Positions 49,905 to 62,939 are shown, numbered from the stretch's first letter. The stretch is 64,000 nt of DNA from Malacoraja senta (GCA_038087875.1 CM075993.1:2606001-2670000), one strand, 5' to 3'. The notes: generated by a model not told the origin, from the sequence alone. Translations and numbers: made by a program.

Positions 49905-50221
49905 AGGGGCTGTCCCACTGTACGAGCTAATTCAAGAGTTCTCCTGAGTTTCCCCTGATTCGAACTCGGAGAATTACGGTAATGGCCGCTCGTAGGTACT
50001 CTGGGCTCTCGTGGACATTTTTCAACATGTTGAAAGAACTTCACGAGTCTTCACGAGCTTACCTCGTTTCCCGAGTACCTGCCGTTAGCGTTACGAGCCG
50101 CTAAGAGAAGTCCCCAGCTCCGACCTACCCGCTACGTACATTCTACGTGCTTACCACTAGTTTGATTTTTTTTTAAACTCGGGAGAGCTCTTGAATTACC
50201 TCGTACAGTGGGACAGGCCTT
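49905..50221. mobile_element. PIF/Harbinger-type MITE nested in a CR1 3' end
   Basis: TIRs of about 40 bp, ggggctgtcccactgtacgagctaattcaagag / ctcttgaattacctcgtacagtgggacaggcc. TAA/TTA flanks. Confidence 0.78.
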
Positions 50222-51420
50222 TTAGAGATAAATCTAACTCTCTTGAATACATCCAGTGAATTGGCCTCCACTGCCTTCTGTTGCAGAGCATTCCACAGAT
50301 TCACAACTCTCTGGGTGAAAATGTTTTTCCTAAATGGCCTACCCCTTATTCTTAAACTGTGACCCTGGTTCTGGACTTCCCCCAACATAGGGAACATTTT
50401 TCCTGCATCTAGCCTGTTCAATCCCCGAAGAATTTTATGTTCCCCTCTCATCCTAAATTCCAGTGAATATAAGGCCAGTCGATCCATTCTTTAGAGGTAA
50501 AGCATGGAAATAGGCCCTTCGGCCCACCGAGTCACACCGATGAGTGATCCCCATTCACTAACACTATCCTACACATTCAGAATAATTTATAATTTTACCT
50601 GCAATTAACCTACAACCCTGTACATCTTTGGGTTGGGAGGAAACCGGAGCACCCGGAGAAAACCCACATGGTCGCAGTGAGAAAGTCCAAACTCCTTACG
50701 GACAGCACCCGTAGTCAGGATTGAACCTGGTTCTCTGGCACTGTAAGGCAGCAACTCTGCTGCCGAGCCACTGTGCCGCCCTGTGTTAGGGGCATTCAGC
50801 TCTCATGCAGTGCATCATCAGAGAATGCACTTGATGCGCGTCATAGAGTGGTACAGCATGGAAGTAGGCCCTTCAGCCCATCATATCCATGCTGACCAAG
50901 GTGCCCCATCTAAGCTAGTCTTATTTACCCGAAATGGGGCATCTAATTCATTCTACTCTGAATTCGTAAATGAATGCTTACCACACAATTCCAAACTCAA
51001 CTGTACACTGTTAATATTTGTCGCCACGTCGAGTCATAGAGTGATACAACGTGGAAACAGGCCCTTCGGCCCAACTTGCCCACACCGGCCAACATGTCCC
51101 ATCTACACTAGTCCCACCTGCCTGTGTTTGGTCCATATCCCTCCAAACCTGTCTTATCCATCCAACATCTCCAGGATATACCCAGTAAAACATTCCAAAA
51201 CTTACATTGAGTGACATTGAGTGAATAATAATCATGATACCAAAATCCTTCTAATCTTCTTTTAGCCCTTTAACTGTCATGGTTACTTTACCTTTTTGTC
51301 CATTTCCTTTGATTTGTCACGGTGACAATGAATCGCTCTCTCTCAAAGCCCAATATTAAAATCTCACACAAATTGTAACTTTAAAAGTTGTATTAATTCA
51401 TTGTGGTTCGGGCTCTCAGT

Positions 51421-51560
51421 GGGGTGGGCGATTGCAACCTTCACGTGGTCCGCCCTGTTTCGACAAATGCAATCAACCTGGCGTGCACATTCAAATAAGA
51501 TCAAATAGAACAAGTTGTCCTACAACTTTAGGGTGTGCACGCCACACGCAAGAAGAAGAA
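51421..51560 (+). mobile_element. (GAA)n-tailed retroelement 3' fragment (second copy reversed at about 44250-44375)
   Basis: 10-bp flanking direct repeat ggctctcagt (51411-51420, 51561-51570) and an aagaagaagaa tail. Confidence 0.7.
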
Positions 51561-52139
51561 GGCTCTCAGTCGGCCCAGAACATTGTTATATAGGAGGGGG
51601 GGGAGGAGGGGGGAGTGGGGAAAGCATTGACTACGTTCAATGTGACCCTTTCCTCCCTACTCAAAAGCACACCAGTGCTAAAACAAGAGGCCAATTAAAC
51701 TTGTGACCCAGTCAGAGGGTGTCCGAATTATTCCTTGCGTTAATCCAGGTCAGTCTTTGTGATTTTGAAGAGTTGGAAAGGACTGGGGTTCAGTCTGGGA
51801 CATCGTGGCGGTGAATGATGCAGATCTTGCTGAAGCTGCAGATTTGCCTTTCTAACTCAACCAGGAATGATGGAGAAGCAATATAGTTGTTGCCATGGGC
51901 TTTGGGGGAGGTTTGTAAATTAGGCCTCAGGTGTACACACACCAGAAGGCGAGAGTCGACTATTCACACCATTGGTACACAAAAATGCTGGAGAAACTCA
52001 GCGGGTGCAGCAGCATCTATGGAGCGAAGGAAATAGGCAACGTTTCTGGCCGAAACCCTTCTTCAGACCATTGCACTGAGGATTTTACGACCTCTGTTTA
52101 AGAAAGCACTGCAGACGGGCCTGCCCCGCGGGTGAAGCA

Positions 52140-52880
52140 TGTATGGTCGTGAGTAGTCGCCCAAAGAGTCGTACCTTTTTCTGGTCGCCGCTGGATTTTC
52201 AACATGTTGAAAATTTTCGGAGACCTGCTGCGACGATGACGGGTGCCGGCAAGTCGCCGAAAAAATCGCGTAAGTGGGACAGGCCCTTTAGTTCCACTTT
52301 GTATTTGCCAAAGGGTAATTTACAGAGGCCAATTAACCAAACAAGCCGCACGTTCTTTGGGATGTGGGAGGAAACCAAAGCATTATTAGGAAGCCCACAC
52401 GGTCACTGGGAGAAGGTGCAAACTCCACACAGACAGTACCTGGGGTCAGAACCATACACACTCTCCCATTATTCTGATGTTCTTGAGTCCACAACTTTGC
52501 TTTCTCAAGGAGACAAAATTGCAAACACAGTGAACCCTTGCAATAGTGGACCACGGGGGGGGGTCTGGTGTCTGTTGTTGCCGATTGTCCGCTATAAGTG
52601 GGTGAGGGAGGGGGGGGGGAGTTTGACCCAAGGCTGGGAGGGAAGAAACGCGGTGTTGTGGGGGGGGGGTGGGTTAAACAATTTTGAATTCACAGGCCGA
52701 GGAGCCAGGCGACATCGCGGGGTGACGCCTGTATGGCCGTGAATAGTCGCCCAAAGAGTCGTACCTCTTTCTGGTCGCCGCTGGATTTTCAACATGTTGA
52801 AAATTTTCAGCAACCTGCTGCGACGATGACGGGTGCCGGCAAGTCGTCGAAAAAATCACGTAAGTGGGACAGGCCCTTTA
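52140..52880. repeat. Two direct copies (about 52140-52290, 52730-52880) of a Harbinger-MITE right end
   Basis: Near-identical 150-bp blocks, both ending aagtgggacaggcccttta. Confidence 0.75.
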
Positions 52881-53136
52881 GGATACTTCAGACCTGGCCT
52901 CTTCTACTATTTGTGATGCTATTTATATGAATAGAAGAGCAGGAGTAGACCTCTCAGATCCTGTTGTCTGGTCTGCCAGTCAATATCAGGATTAATGCTT
53001 CATCTTGATTCTATTTCCAGCCAAGCCTCCATGTTAATATCCAACATAAGACTGTAAGAAACTGGAATGGAGCAGGCCATTCAGCCCCTTAAGCCTGCAG
53101 TACCATTCAATAAGTTCATGGCTTAGTCTATATATA

Positions 53137-54749
53137 CAGTGGCTTGCAAAAGTATTCATACCCCTTGAACTTTTCCACATTTTGTCACATTACAACCACA
53201 AACGTAAATGTATTTTATTGGGATTTTATGTGATAGACCAACACAAAGTGGTGCATAATTGTGAAGTGGAAGGAAAATGATACATGGTTTTCAAATTTTT
53301 TTACAAATAAAAAACTGAAAAGTGTCGCGTGCAAAAGTATTCAGCCCCCCTGAGTCAATACTTTGTAGAACCACCTTTCGCTGCAATTACAGCTGCAAGT
53401 CTTTTGGGGTATGTCTCTACCAGCTTTGCACATCTAGAGACTGAAATTTTTGCCCATTCTTCTTTGCAAAATAGCTCAAGCTCAGTCAGATTGGATGGAG
53501 AGCGTCTGTGAACAGCAATTTTCAAGTCTTGCCAGAGATTCTCAATTGGATTTAGGTCTGGACTTTGGGCCATTCTAACACATGAATATGCTTTGATCTA
53601 AACCATTCCATTGTAGCTCTGGCTGTATGTTTAGGGTCGTTGTCCTGCTGGAAGGTGAACCTCCGCCCCAGTCTCAAGTCTTTTGCAGACTCTAACAGGT
53701 TTTCTTCCAAGATTGCCCTGTATTTGGCTCCATCCATCTTCCCATCAACTCTGACCAGCTTCCCTGTCCCTGCTGAAGAAAAGCATCCCCACAGCATGAT
53801 GCTACCACCACCATGTTTCACAGTGGGGATGGTGTGTTCAGGGTGATGTGCAGTGTTAGGTTTCCGCCACACATAGCGTTTTGCATTTAGGCCAAAAACT
53901 TCAATTTTGGTCTCATCTGACCAGAGCACCTTCCTCCACATGTTTGCTGTGTCCCCCACATGGCTTGTGGCAAACTGCAAACGGGACTTCTTATGGCTTT
54001 TTTTCAACAATGGCTTTCTTCTTGCCACTCTTCCATAAAGGCCCGATTTGTGGAGTGCACGACTAATAGTTGTCCTGTGGACAGATTCTCCCACCTGAGC
54101 TGTGGATCTCTGCAGCTCCTCCAGAGTTACCATGGGCCTTTTGGCTGCTTCTCTGATCAATGCTCTCCTTGCCCGGCCTGTCAGTTTAGGTGGACGGCCA
54201 TGTCTTGGTAGGTTTGCAGTTGTGCCATACTCTTTCCATTTTCGGATGATGGATTGAACAGTGCTCCGTGAGATGTTCAAAGCTTGGGATATTTGTTTAT
54301 AACCTAACCCTGCTTTAAACTTCTCCACAACTTTATCCCTGACCTGTCTGGTGTGTTCCTTGGGCTTCATGATGCTGTTTGTTCACTAATGTTCTCTAAC
54401 AAACCTCTGAGGCCTTCACAGAACAGCTGTATTTATACTGAGATTAGATTACACACAAGTGGACTCTATTTACTAATTAGGTGACTTCTGAAGGCAATTG
54501 GTTGCACTGGATTTTATTTAGGGGTATCAGAGTAAAGGGGGCTGAATACTTTTGCACGCGACACTTTTCAGTTTTTTATTTTTTTTTTAATTTGAAAACC
54601 ATGTATCATTTTCCTTCCACTTCACAATTATGCGCCACTTTGTGTTGGTCTAGCACATAAAATCTCAATAAAATACATTTACGTTTGTGGTTGTAACGTG
54701 ACAAAATGTGGAAAAGTTCAAAGGGTATGAATACTTTTGCAAGCCACTG
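53137..54749 (-). mobile_element. Tc1/mariner DNA transposon, IR-DR type, Passport-like; 1613 bp
   Basis: Termini TA|CAGTGGCTTGCAAAAGTATTCA...TGAATACTTTTGCAAGCCACTG|TA. TIRs of about 213 bp (53137-53349, 54537-54749), each with inner and outer TGCAAAAGTATTCA direct repeats. TA target duplication. Confidence 0.97.
53355..54370 (-). pseudogene. DD34E Tc1 transposase with a single frameshift near 53566
   Basis: ORFs 54370-53552 and 53573-53355 join at ...LEWP|(SQ)SPDLNPIENLW.... Shows paired-like HTH, GRPPKL, WSDETK and QQDNDPKH. Restoring 4 nt gives 339 aa. Confidence 0.95.
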
Positions 54750-55974
54750 TATATCAGCAACATTTTAAACCTATTTCTCTTTCCTAACTTAATATATAAA
54801 AATCGATGAACCTCTGTCTTTAGAATTTAGAGACACAGCACCGAAGGTATACACAAGATGCTGGGGTAACCCAGCAGGACAGGGGCAGAAGGAATGGGTG
54901 ATGTTTCGGGTCGAGACCCCATTCCTTCTCTCCAGAGATCCTGCCTGTCTCGCTGAGTTATTCCAGCATTTTGTGCATATCTTCGGTGTAAACCAGCATC
55001 TGCAGTCCCTTCCTACACAGAGAGAAACAGGCACTTTGGCCCACAATGGTTCTTGACAACACACCAGGACACTGAGACCACTGAATCCTGTTCCATGGTG
55101 CTCGGAGACTACAGTCCAGTGGGTGCGATTGAAGAAAGAAGGGGAATGCAAGGGACTGCAGATGCTGGAATCTTGAGTAGAACGCACAAGTGCTGGAGGA
55201 GCTCAGCGGCCCAGGCAACATCTGTGAAGGGAAATAGAGCCATGTCGATTTTGGTTGGGACCTGATGAGAGTAAAGTCTCAGAACCTTCATGCCAAGGGA
55301 GAAACATCAAAGACTAGAGGGCAGAGCATCAAGGAGAGAGTTTAAATGAGGTGAGCAGGACATGGTCTTCACACAAAGTGGTGGGTGCTTGGAACAAGCT
55401 GTGAGGAGTGGTGGTGGAAGCAGATACGATAGTGGTATTTAAGATACGTTTTGATAGACACATGGTATGCCAGACTGGAGCGATATGGATCTCGTCCTGG
55501 CATGAGATTAGTTTAACTCTGCATCATTTTAATCACAGGCATGAATACTGTAGCACTCGCTCCTGTGCCTTACTGTTCTATACGCTTGTAGAAGGACCCC
55601 ATCCTGAAATGCTATCTGTCCATTGCTACATTGCTGCCTGGACTACCATAAAAGCAAAGTAGGAGGCCATTTGTCCCATAGGATTCATTCTGCCCCCCAA
55701 TCCCATCAATGGCATCTCCCCTCTCCTTATTTCCCTGTTGTCCAGCAATTGTATTCTCTCTCACAGCTCATCAACTCCACTTTGATTTGTTTGCCTCTTA
55801 TCTACTCTTTGGGTATGTTACAACCAATTAACCTACCATCACATTTTTGGGAGGAAACCCACATGGCCATGGAGAGAACGTGCAAACTCCACACAAACAG
55901 CATCCAAAGCCAGGCCTGAACGCAGGACTCGGGAGCTGTTACACAGCAGTACTACCTGCTGCACCATTGTGGTC

Positions 55975-56181
55975 GAAGACAGACACAAAATGCTGGAGTA
56001 ACTCAGCGGGACAGGCTGCGTCTCTGGAGGAAAGGAATGGGTGACGTTTCAGGTCGAGTCTGAAGAAGTCTCGACCTGTAACGTCACCCATTCCTTCTCA
56101 CCAGAAATGCTGCCTGACCCGCTTAGTTACTCCAGCATTTTGTGTCTATCTTTGGTGTAAACCGGCAACTGCGATTCCTTC
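55975..56181. mobile_element. PLE-derived fold-back element
   Basis: 16-bp flanking direct repeat ctgcaccattgtggtc (55959-55974, 56182-56197). Confidence 0.8.
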
Positions 56182-57077
56182 CTGCACCATTGTGGTCCTT
56201 GTGTATTTGATGTTACATGGTAAATACTCCAGTAAGTGAGACTCCAGCAAGTAGATCACATTGCTGGTGAACACAGCATTAACAACCTGGATTTGGAATG
56301 GCATCTTTAACACATTGTACATTGCATTAAAGGTAAATATAAGGAACATGGACATAAAGCTTGGAGAAAATGACGATGGGTTGCCCAAAGACTTTATGCA
56401 ACATACCACCAAATTTAATTAGAGTGGTTCTTGACAATGTTTTCTAACACATCATCACCATTGACATATTGGCAGTGACTTCCTCTCATGGGGAGAAATT
56501 CTACATCTTCCTTGAAGATGTACTTCTCTTTTCAGTTTCCAAAGACAGCCTTACAAAGGAGATCAACTTCAAAGCTGATTAATTGAGCAAGAAAATTAAG
56601 GCATTAATAACCTACTGATGAATCAAACAGCCATCGGTGAAGAGATGCAGACAGCAACTGATGGCCTGGGGGATTGCCACGTGCTCGAAGTTTGCAGTGA
56701 AAGAGCCAACTTTTAGCTCTGTCCGCACTTAATCATAACAAGATCTCTTAAATAAATTCTTTGCTAATATTGCCTGCTATCACGAGACTGGATAATAAGG
56801 TGATAAGCCATAAGCGAGATGGAGCAGAATTAGGCCATTCAGCCCATCTAGTCTACTGCGCCATTCATTCATGGCTGATCTATCTCTCCCACCTAACCCC
56901 ATTCTCCTGCCTTTTCCCCATAACCCTTGACACCCGTACTAATCAGGAATCTATCTATCTCTGCCTTAAAAATATCCATTGATAATACAAGGAAGAAGCT
57001 ATTATGAGACAGCTAATAGATATGACAAACAAAACAAGGTGGGATAAAAAATAGACTACCACATTCATGCGTAAGGA

Positions 57078-57328
57078 GTTTACAGATTGTAGAAACAAGG
57101 AACTGCAGGTGCTGGTTTACAAAAAAAAAAGACAAAGTGCTGGAGCAACTCAATGGGACAGGCAACATCTCTGGAGAACATGGATAGGGGACGTTTCGAG
57201 TCGGGACCCTTCTACATCCTATCCATGTTCTCCAGAGATGCTGCCTGACCCGCTGAGTTACTTCAGCACTTTGTCTTTTTTTTTTGTAAACCAGCACCTG
57301 CAGTTCCTTGTTTCTACAATCTGTGAAC
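57078..57328. mobile_element. PLE-derived fold-back element with two full arms
   Basis: Long inverted arms with matching A10 and T10 runs. Confidence 0.8.
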
Positions 57329-58289
57329 GTAGTCATTTCACTTGCAGTCTTACTGTGCCATTTGAATTACTCCTAATGCATGAATTTACATTTAAGTTTG
57401 CAGATTTCTCCCGGACCGCCTCCTTGTCGCTTGCAATAAGACATCGCAACTTTGAGGATTTTTTTTAGTCTTCTGATCGGAAATTCGGGCTTCAAGAATT
57501 CTCTGCCTCTCAGTGGGAGAGGTCCCAGTGAGGTTTTGGTTTTGTTTGGATCTATTATTATCACTTGTACTGAGGTCTGGGATATAAGTACGGTAATTAA
57601 GAGGGAGTTAGATGTGGCCCTTGTGGCTAAAGGGATCAGGGGGTATGGAGAGAAGGCAGGTACGGGATACTGAGTTGGATGATCAGCCATGATCATATTG
57701 AATGGCGGTGCAGGCTCAAAGGGCCGAATGGCCTACTCCTGCACCTATTTTCTATGTATCTATGTATCTATGTAATAAGCGACTTGGATAAACGCAAACT
57801 TAGCTAAGCAATGTTCAGGAAGGAACTGCAGATGCTGGTTTAAACCGAAGATAGACACAAAAAGCTGGAGTAACTCAGCGGGTCAGACAGCATCTCAGGT
57901 GAAAAGGATTAGGTGATGTTTGGGATAGAGACCCTTCTTCTTCACCCCAAATGTCACCTATTCCTTTTCTCCAGAGATGTTGTCCGACCCGCTGAGTTAC
58001 TCCAGCTTTTTGTGTCTATCTTAGCTAAGCAGTACCTTAAGCCCACCCACCGCATTATTTCTGAGTTGCAAGTCTCGGTAGTTTCGGTTGCAATGCGCTA
58101 CTGCCGTTGCGTGCGGACGTTTCTGCAAGTCAGTTAGGTGTCTTCGTGGGTGCGCCCACACTGTGCAGGAAGGAACTGCAGATGCTGGTTTAAACCAAAG
58201 ACATACACAAAAAGCTGGAGTAACTCAGAGCATCTATGGAGAGAAGGAATACGTTTTCCCCAGCGATGAAGAAGAGGAGTTGAGTATCG

Positions 58290-59170
58290 GAGCAAAGAGG
58301 TCCTTCTGCAGTTGTACAGGGCCCTAGTGAGACCACACCTGGAGTATTTATTGTGTGCAGTTTTGGTCTCCAAATTTGAGGAAGGACATTCTTGCTGTTG
58401 AGGTTCGTAGCGTAGGTTCACGAGGTTAATTCCCGGGATGGTGGGACTGTCATATGTTGATGGAATGGAGCGGCTGGGCTTGTATTCTCTGGAAATTAGA
58501 AAGATGAGAGGGAATCTCATTGAAACATATAAGATTATTAAGGGATTGGACACGCTAGAGGCAGGAAACATGTTCCCGATGTTGGGGAAGTCCGGAACCA
58601 TGGGCCACAGTTTAAGAATAAGGGGTAAGCCATTTAGAACGGAGATGAGGAAAAACTTTCACCCAGAGAGTTGTGAATCTGTGGAATTCTCTGCCACAGA
58701 AGGCGGTGGAGGCCAATTCTCTGGATACCTTAAAGAGAGAGTTAGATAGAGCTCTTAAAGATAGCAGAGTCAGGGGATATGGTCCCGGCCTCAACAAGCT
58801 CCTCTGGCAGCTTGTTCCATCACCCTTTATGTGAAAAAGTCACCCCTCAGATTCCTATTAAATCGTTTCCCCTTCACCTTAAACCTATGCCCTCTGGTCC
58901 TCGATTCCCCTACTCTGGGCAAGTGATTCTGTGCATCTACCCAATCTATTCCTCTCATGATCTTATATACCTCTATCAGATCACCCCTCATCTTCCTGTG
59001 CCCCATGGAATAGAGTCCCAGCCTACTCAACCTCTCACTATAGCTCACACCCTCTAGTCCTGGCTACATCCTCGTAAATCTTCTCTATACCCTTTCCAGA
59101 TGTCCTCTGGCCCTCGATTCCCCCACTCTAGGGCAATGGATTATGTGCATCCACCCTATTTATTCCCCTC
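58290..59170. mobile_element. Two abutting CR1 3' fragments in opposite orientation (+ 58290-58780, - 58780-59170)
   Basis: LGLYSLEIRKMRGNLIETYKII on the plus strand and LGLYSMGHRKMRGDLIEVYKIM on the minus strand. Confidence 0.85.
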
Positions 59171-60713
59171 ATGTTCTCTGCTCAGATACAGTAGCGGGTC
59201 ATAACTCAGTTCCATGGCACTGGATGCGAACATCACATCATGATGCCAGTGCTGCTGCCAACTTCAGCAACAGGCAGGCTTCCCTGCAACTAGCTCTTTG
59301 CATCCCGTGGAGCCTGGCACGGAGAAACATGCAATCCGAAATGTACAATCTCGCATTCTGTGCCACAGGAAGCTTGCAAACAAAATGCCCACATCCATAC
59401 CACGCGAGCAGCCAAGATGTACTTGATGGTAATCTGTTTGTAGCAGGAGCAGGAAAGCTGGTACACATTAGATCAGAATCACCTGTGGCTCACTAAATGA
59501 CCAGATGTTGAAACGGGGAACTGCAGGCTCTGGTTTACAAAAAAAGACATAAAGCGCTGGAGTAACTCAGCGGGTCAAGCAGCATCTCTGGACAGCACGG
59601 ATAGATGATGTTTCGGGTCGCGAGCTTTCTTCAGATTGAAGAAGGGTGCTGACCCGAAACATCACCTATCCGAGATCTCTAGGGATAATCCAAGTATCTA
59701 TTTACACCAAAGATAGACACAGAATGCTGGAGTAACTCAGCGGGACAGGCAGCATCTCTGGAGAGAAAGAATAGGGACCTTTTGGGTCAAAACCCTTCTT
59801 CAGACTGTTCCCAGCTACACTAGTCCCACCTGCCTGCGTTTGTTCCATATCCCTCCAAACCTATCCTATCCATGTGCCAGTCTAACTGCTTCTTAAACTT
59901 TGGCATAGTCAACTATCCTCTCTGGGATACCCTGGGGACAAGGGTACTCTGGGCGACAGACTCTGTGCATCTATCCGATCTATTCCTCATGGATTTTATA
60001 CACCTCTATAAGGTCACTCCCCATCCTCCTGCGCTCCAAGGAATAGAGTCTCACCTACTCAACCTTTCCCTGTAGCTCAGACCCTATAGACTTGGCGACA
60101 TCCTCGTAAATCATCTCTCTACCCTTTCCTGCTTGATCACTCTTGATCCAGCCTGATTCCTCTTGCTTGTGAGTCCCAACGCATTCTCAATGTCCTTTCT
60201 GTCACTGGTCATAATTGTTACTTCTGCACTGTGGCGTTTCTTTGTGAATTCATTTCTTATTTTATTCAGGATTGAGAAACAAATTCATATCTGACGAAGC
60301 AAAGGGAGTGATGAATCATCCTGTCTTTAGTCAAAATACGGACAAAGCAGAGCATTTAAAACGCATCTTCACCCAGTGAAAACATTTCCCAAATATATCT
60401 TCACATTCATTCCATCCATGTTGTTCGTAGATTGGCAGGGCTAGGCAACTTTTCTGAGATTCCAATATCAGTTGAGTTTATTGTCACGTGTACCGAGGTA
60501 CAGTGAAAAGCTTTTGTTGTGTGCTATCCAGTCAGCGGAAAGACAACACATGATTACAATCGAGCCGTTTACAGTGTATAGATATATGATAAGGGATTGG
60601 CGTTTAGTGCAAGGTAAAGGCAGCAAACTCCGAACAAGTTACTAATGAGGTAGATAATAGCTCAGCATTGCTCTCTAGTTGTGGTAGTTGTGGTTGTAAT
60701 ATCATTTGTGGGA

Positions 60714-61030
60714 GGCACGGTGGCGCAGCGGTAGAGTTGCTGCCTCACAGCGCTAGAGACCTGGGTTCGATCCTGACTACGGATGCTATCTATATGGAGT
60801 TTGTACGTTCTCCCATGCGGCCCGTGTGGGTTTTCACCGGGTTCCCTGGTTTCCACCCAAATTCCAAAGACGTGCAGATTCGTACATTAATTGGTCTCTG
60901 TAAATTGCCTCAAGTGTGTAGGATGTGAAAGTGGGATAGCATAGAGCTAATGGACGGGTGATCGATGGTTGGCGGGGACGCAGTGGGCCGAAGGGCCTAT
61001 TTCCACACCATATCTCTAACCTAAACTCAA
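60714..61030 (+). mobile_element. tRNA-derived V-SINE (HE1-like), near full length
   Basis: A box TGGCGCAGCGG (60721), B box GGTTCGATCC (60764), V-domain ggagtttgtacgttctccc...ggtttccacccaaattccaaagac, and a CR1-like tail gggccgaagggcctatttcc...ctaaac. Confidence 0.85.
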
Positions 61031-61450
61031 ATCGCCATTGCAATTGTATTAGCAAATTATAAACGAGAGTTTGATGTATGCAAGCTTATGCTACTTGTGC
61101 AGATGTCCTATAATTTTCCCAGCATGGCTCCATCAGTCAGTGTGTGAAGACTTCACCCCTGTTCAACTCGGGAGTCTTCTGTCGCTCCTCTATCCCTGTG
61201 AAGTCATCTGCAAACCAGCTATTGTTCCGCTCCTGTTGGTAACATCTGTTAACCACTATGAGTCCCCAAATGCATTGGTCCCATGCTTTAGCGACGTCAG
61301 TGCCTCGTCCCCAGGGTATCCCAGTGAGCAGCTGCCCGGCCTATTCCCGCCGTTCTTTGTAGAAACAGTGTTAGGGAGGGAAGAGGCAAGCTGGGATTGG
61401 CAAGAGCTGGGGCAAGGGAAAGGACATTTGTGAAGGGACAGAGCCGACAG

Positions 61451-61612
61451 CAGGGGCTCCCAACCTTTCTCGTCCTGTTTACCCCCGGCAACTTTAATAG
61501 CACGTAACAATGTTATCTCACTTATTTATGAACACCTAATGATGAACAGACACCCATATACCCAAACCAAACAGTCAGCCAATGCGACATTTACCCCAGG
61601 TTAGAACCCTTG
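61451..61612. mobile_element. hAT-type MITE
   Basis: Termini CAGGGGCTCCCAACCT...AGGTTAGAACCCTTG. 8-bp flanks gccgacag / gcctacag. Confidence 0.7.
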
Positions 61613-61861
61613 GCCTACAGCAATGACAGGCATGACTCAGTAGATAAACAAATAGAAGGTATTAGTAAAATGTTGGAGAGTCCGCAAGTTTGGGTCTAAA
61701 ACAGGTAATTAGAGGGTGAGTGAGAGTAATTGTACACATTGTAGGAAATAGTGATAGAATGATTCTACAGCAGTGAGGAATAGAAAGAGATGGGGGGTGA
61801 AAGAGAGCATACAAGCACCTGCCATTTAGTCTGAAGAAGGGTCTCATTTATCATTTAAATC

Positions 61862-62358
61862 TTTTTATTTGAATTTCACAGCAATTTGCATACATACTAT
61901 GATAACAGACAGTGACAGTCAAGGCATAATTGTGCAACAGTATGTAAGTGACCCTCAAAACCCTTACCCTTACCCACCTTCAACCCACCCGAATCAGGTC
62001 GGAACCAAACGGGGACAAACAACACTCACATACGTACACATCCACACACATATGGTAAGGTAAACTAAACAAAAAGTACTAAAAAAATAAATAATAATAA
62101 AAAATAAAAAATAAAAAATACAGTAAATAAGTAAGTAATTAAATAAATAATTGTGGGGAGAGGGGGGGGGGGGATTAAGGGGAAAGCAGCTGCTGTAGAG
62201 CAAAACAATGGTGGAGAACACTCAGTCCTCTTCCGAGTCCGGGGACAAGTTGAGTGAGTTAACAAGTTCCAAGAAAGGGTTCCATGTATCTAGGAATGTC
62301 TTGGTAGAGCCTTTGAGAGAGAACCTAAGTTTTTCAAGCTTTAAATTGTAAAGCACCT
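61862..62358 (-). mobile_element. L1-clade LINE 3' end
   Basis: Minus-strand LKLEKLRFSLKGSTKTFLDTWNPFL* resembles a fish-type L1 ORF2 C-terminus, followed by a T-rich UTR and aataaaaa. Confidence 0.65.
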
Positions 62359-62487
62359 CTGAAGAAGGGTCTCGACCCGAAACGTCACCCATTCCTTCTC
62401 TCCAGAGATGCTGCCTGTCCCGCTGAGTTACTCCAGCTTTTTTGTGTCTATCTTCGGTGTAAACCAGCATCTGCAGTTCCTTCTGAC
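62359..62487 (+). mobile_element. PLE-derived half element with intact hammerhead-like core
   Basis: CTGAAGAAGGGTCTCGACCCGAAACGTC (62359-62386) followed by the family terminus. Confidence 0.75.
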
Positions 62488-62939
62488 GCATTTCGTCTGC
62501 TATTTAGTTTAGTTTAGAGATACAGATTTAGAGATTTAGAGAGAGAGAGACTTCCAATAATATGAGAGAGTTAGAGAGGGAAATAGACAAGGAATGCGAG
62601 CGCTATCCTGCACAATAGGGACGATTTACAGTTTTTACCGAAGCCAATTAACCAACAAACCTGTCTGTCTTTGGAGTGTGTGAGAAACTGGAGCAGGTTT
62701 CCCTGAAGAAAATCCACGGGGAACATACAGACTCCGTACAGACAGCACCCGTGTTTAGGATCGAGCCCCTGTCTCTGGCGCTGTAAGGCAGCAACTCTAC
62801 CGCTGCGCCACCGTGCCGTGATATGAGAAAGAAAGAGAGTCCCACAGTAATATGAGTGTGGGTGAGAGAGAAGGAGCAGACAAGAGCCTATTAGTGGGTG
62901 GGTGTTTTGTTATAGTTTGTTGTGAATTACTATTGTTCA

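Noticed and set aside
60270..60380. Plus-strand coding exon after ttattttattcag
   Set aside because: The longest frame (LRNKFISDEAKGV...IFTQ*) is unrecognisable and no clear donor follows.
60714..60790. tRNA gene
   Set aside because: The A and B boxes belong to the tRNA-derived head of a V-SINE that continues into the V-domain and LINE-like tail.
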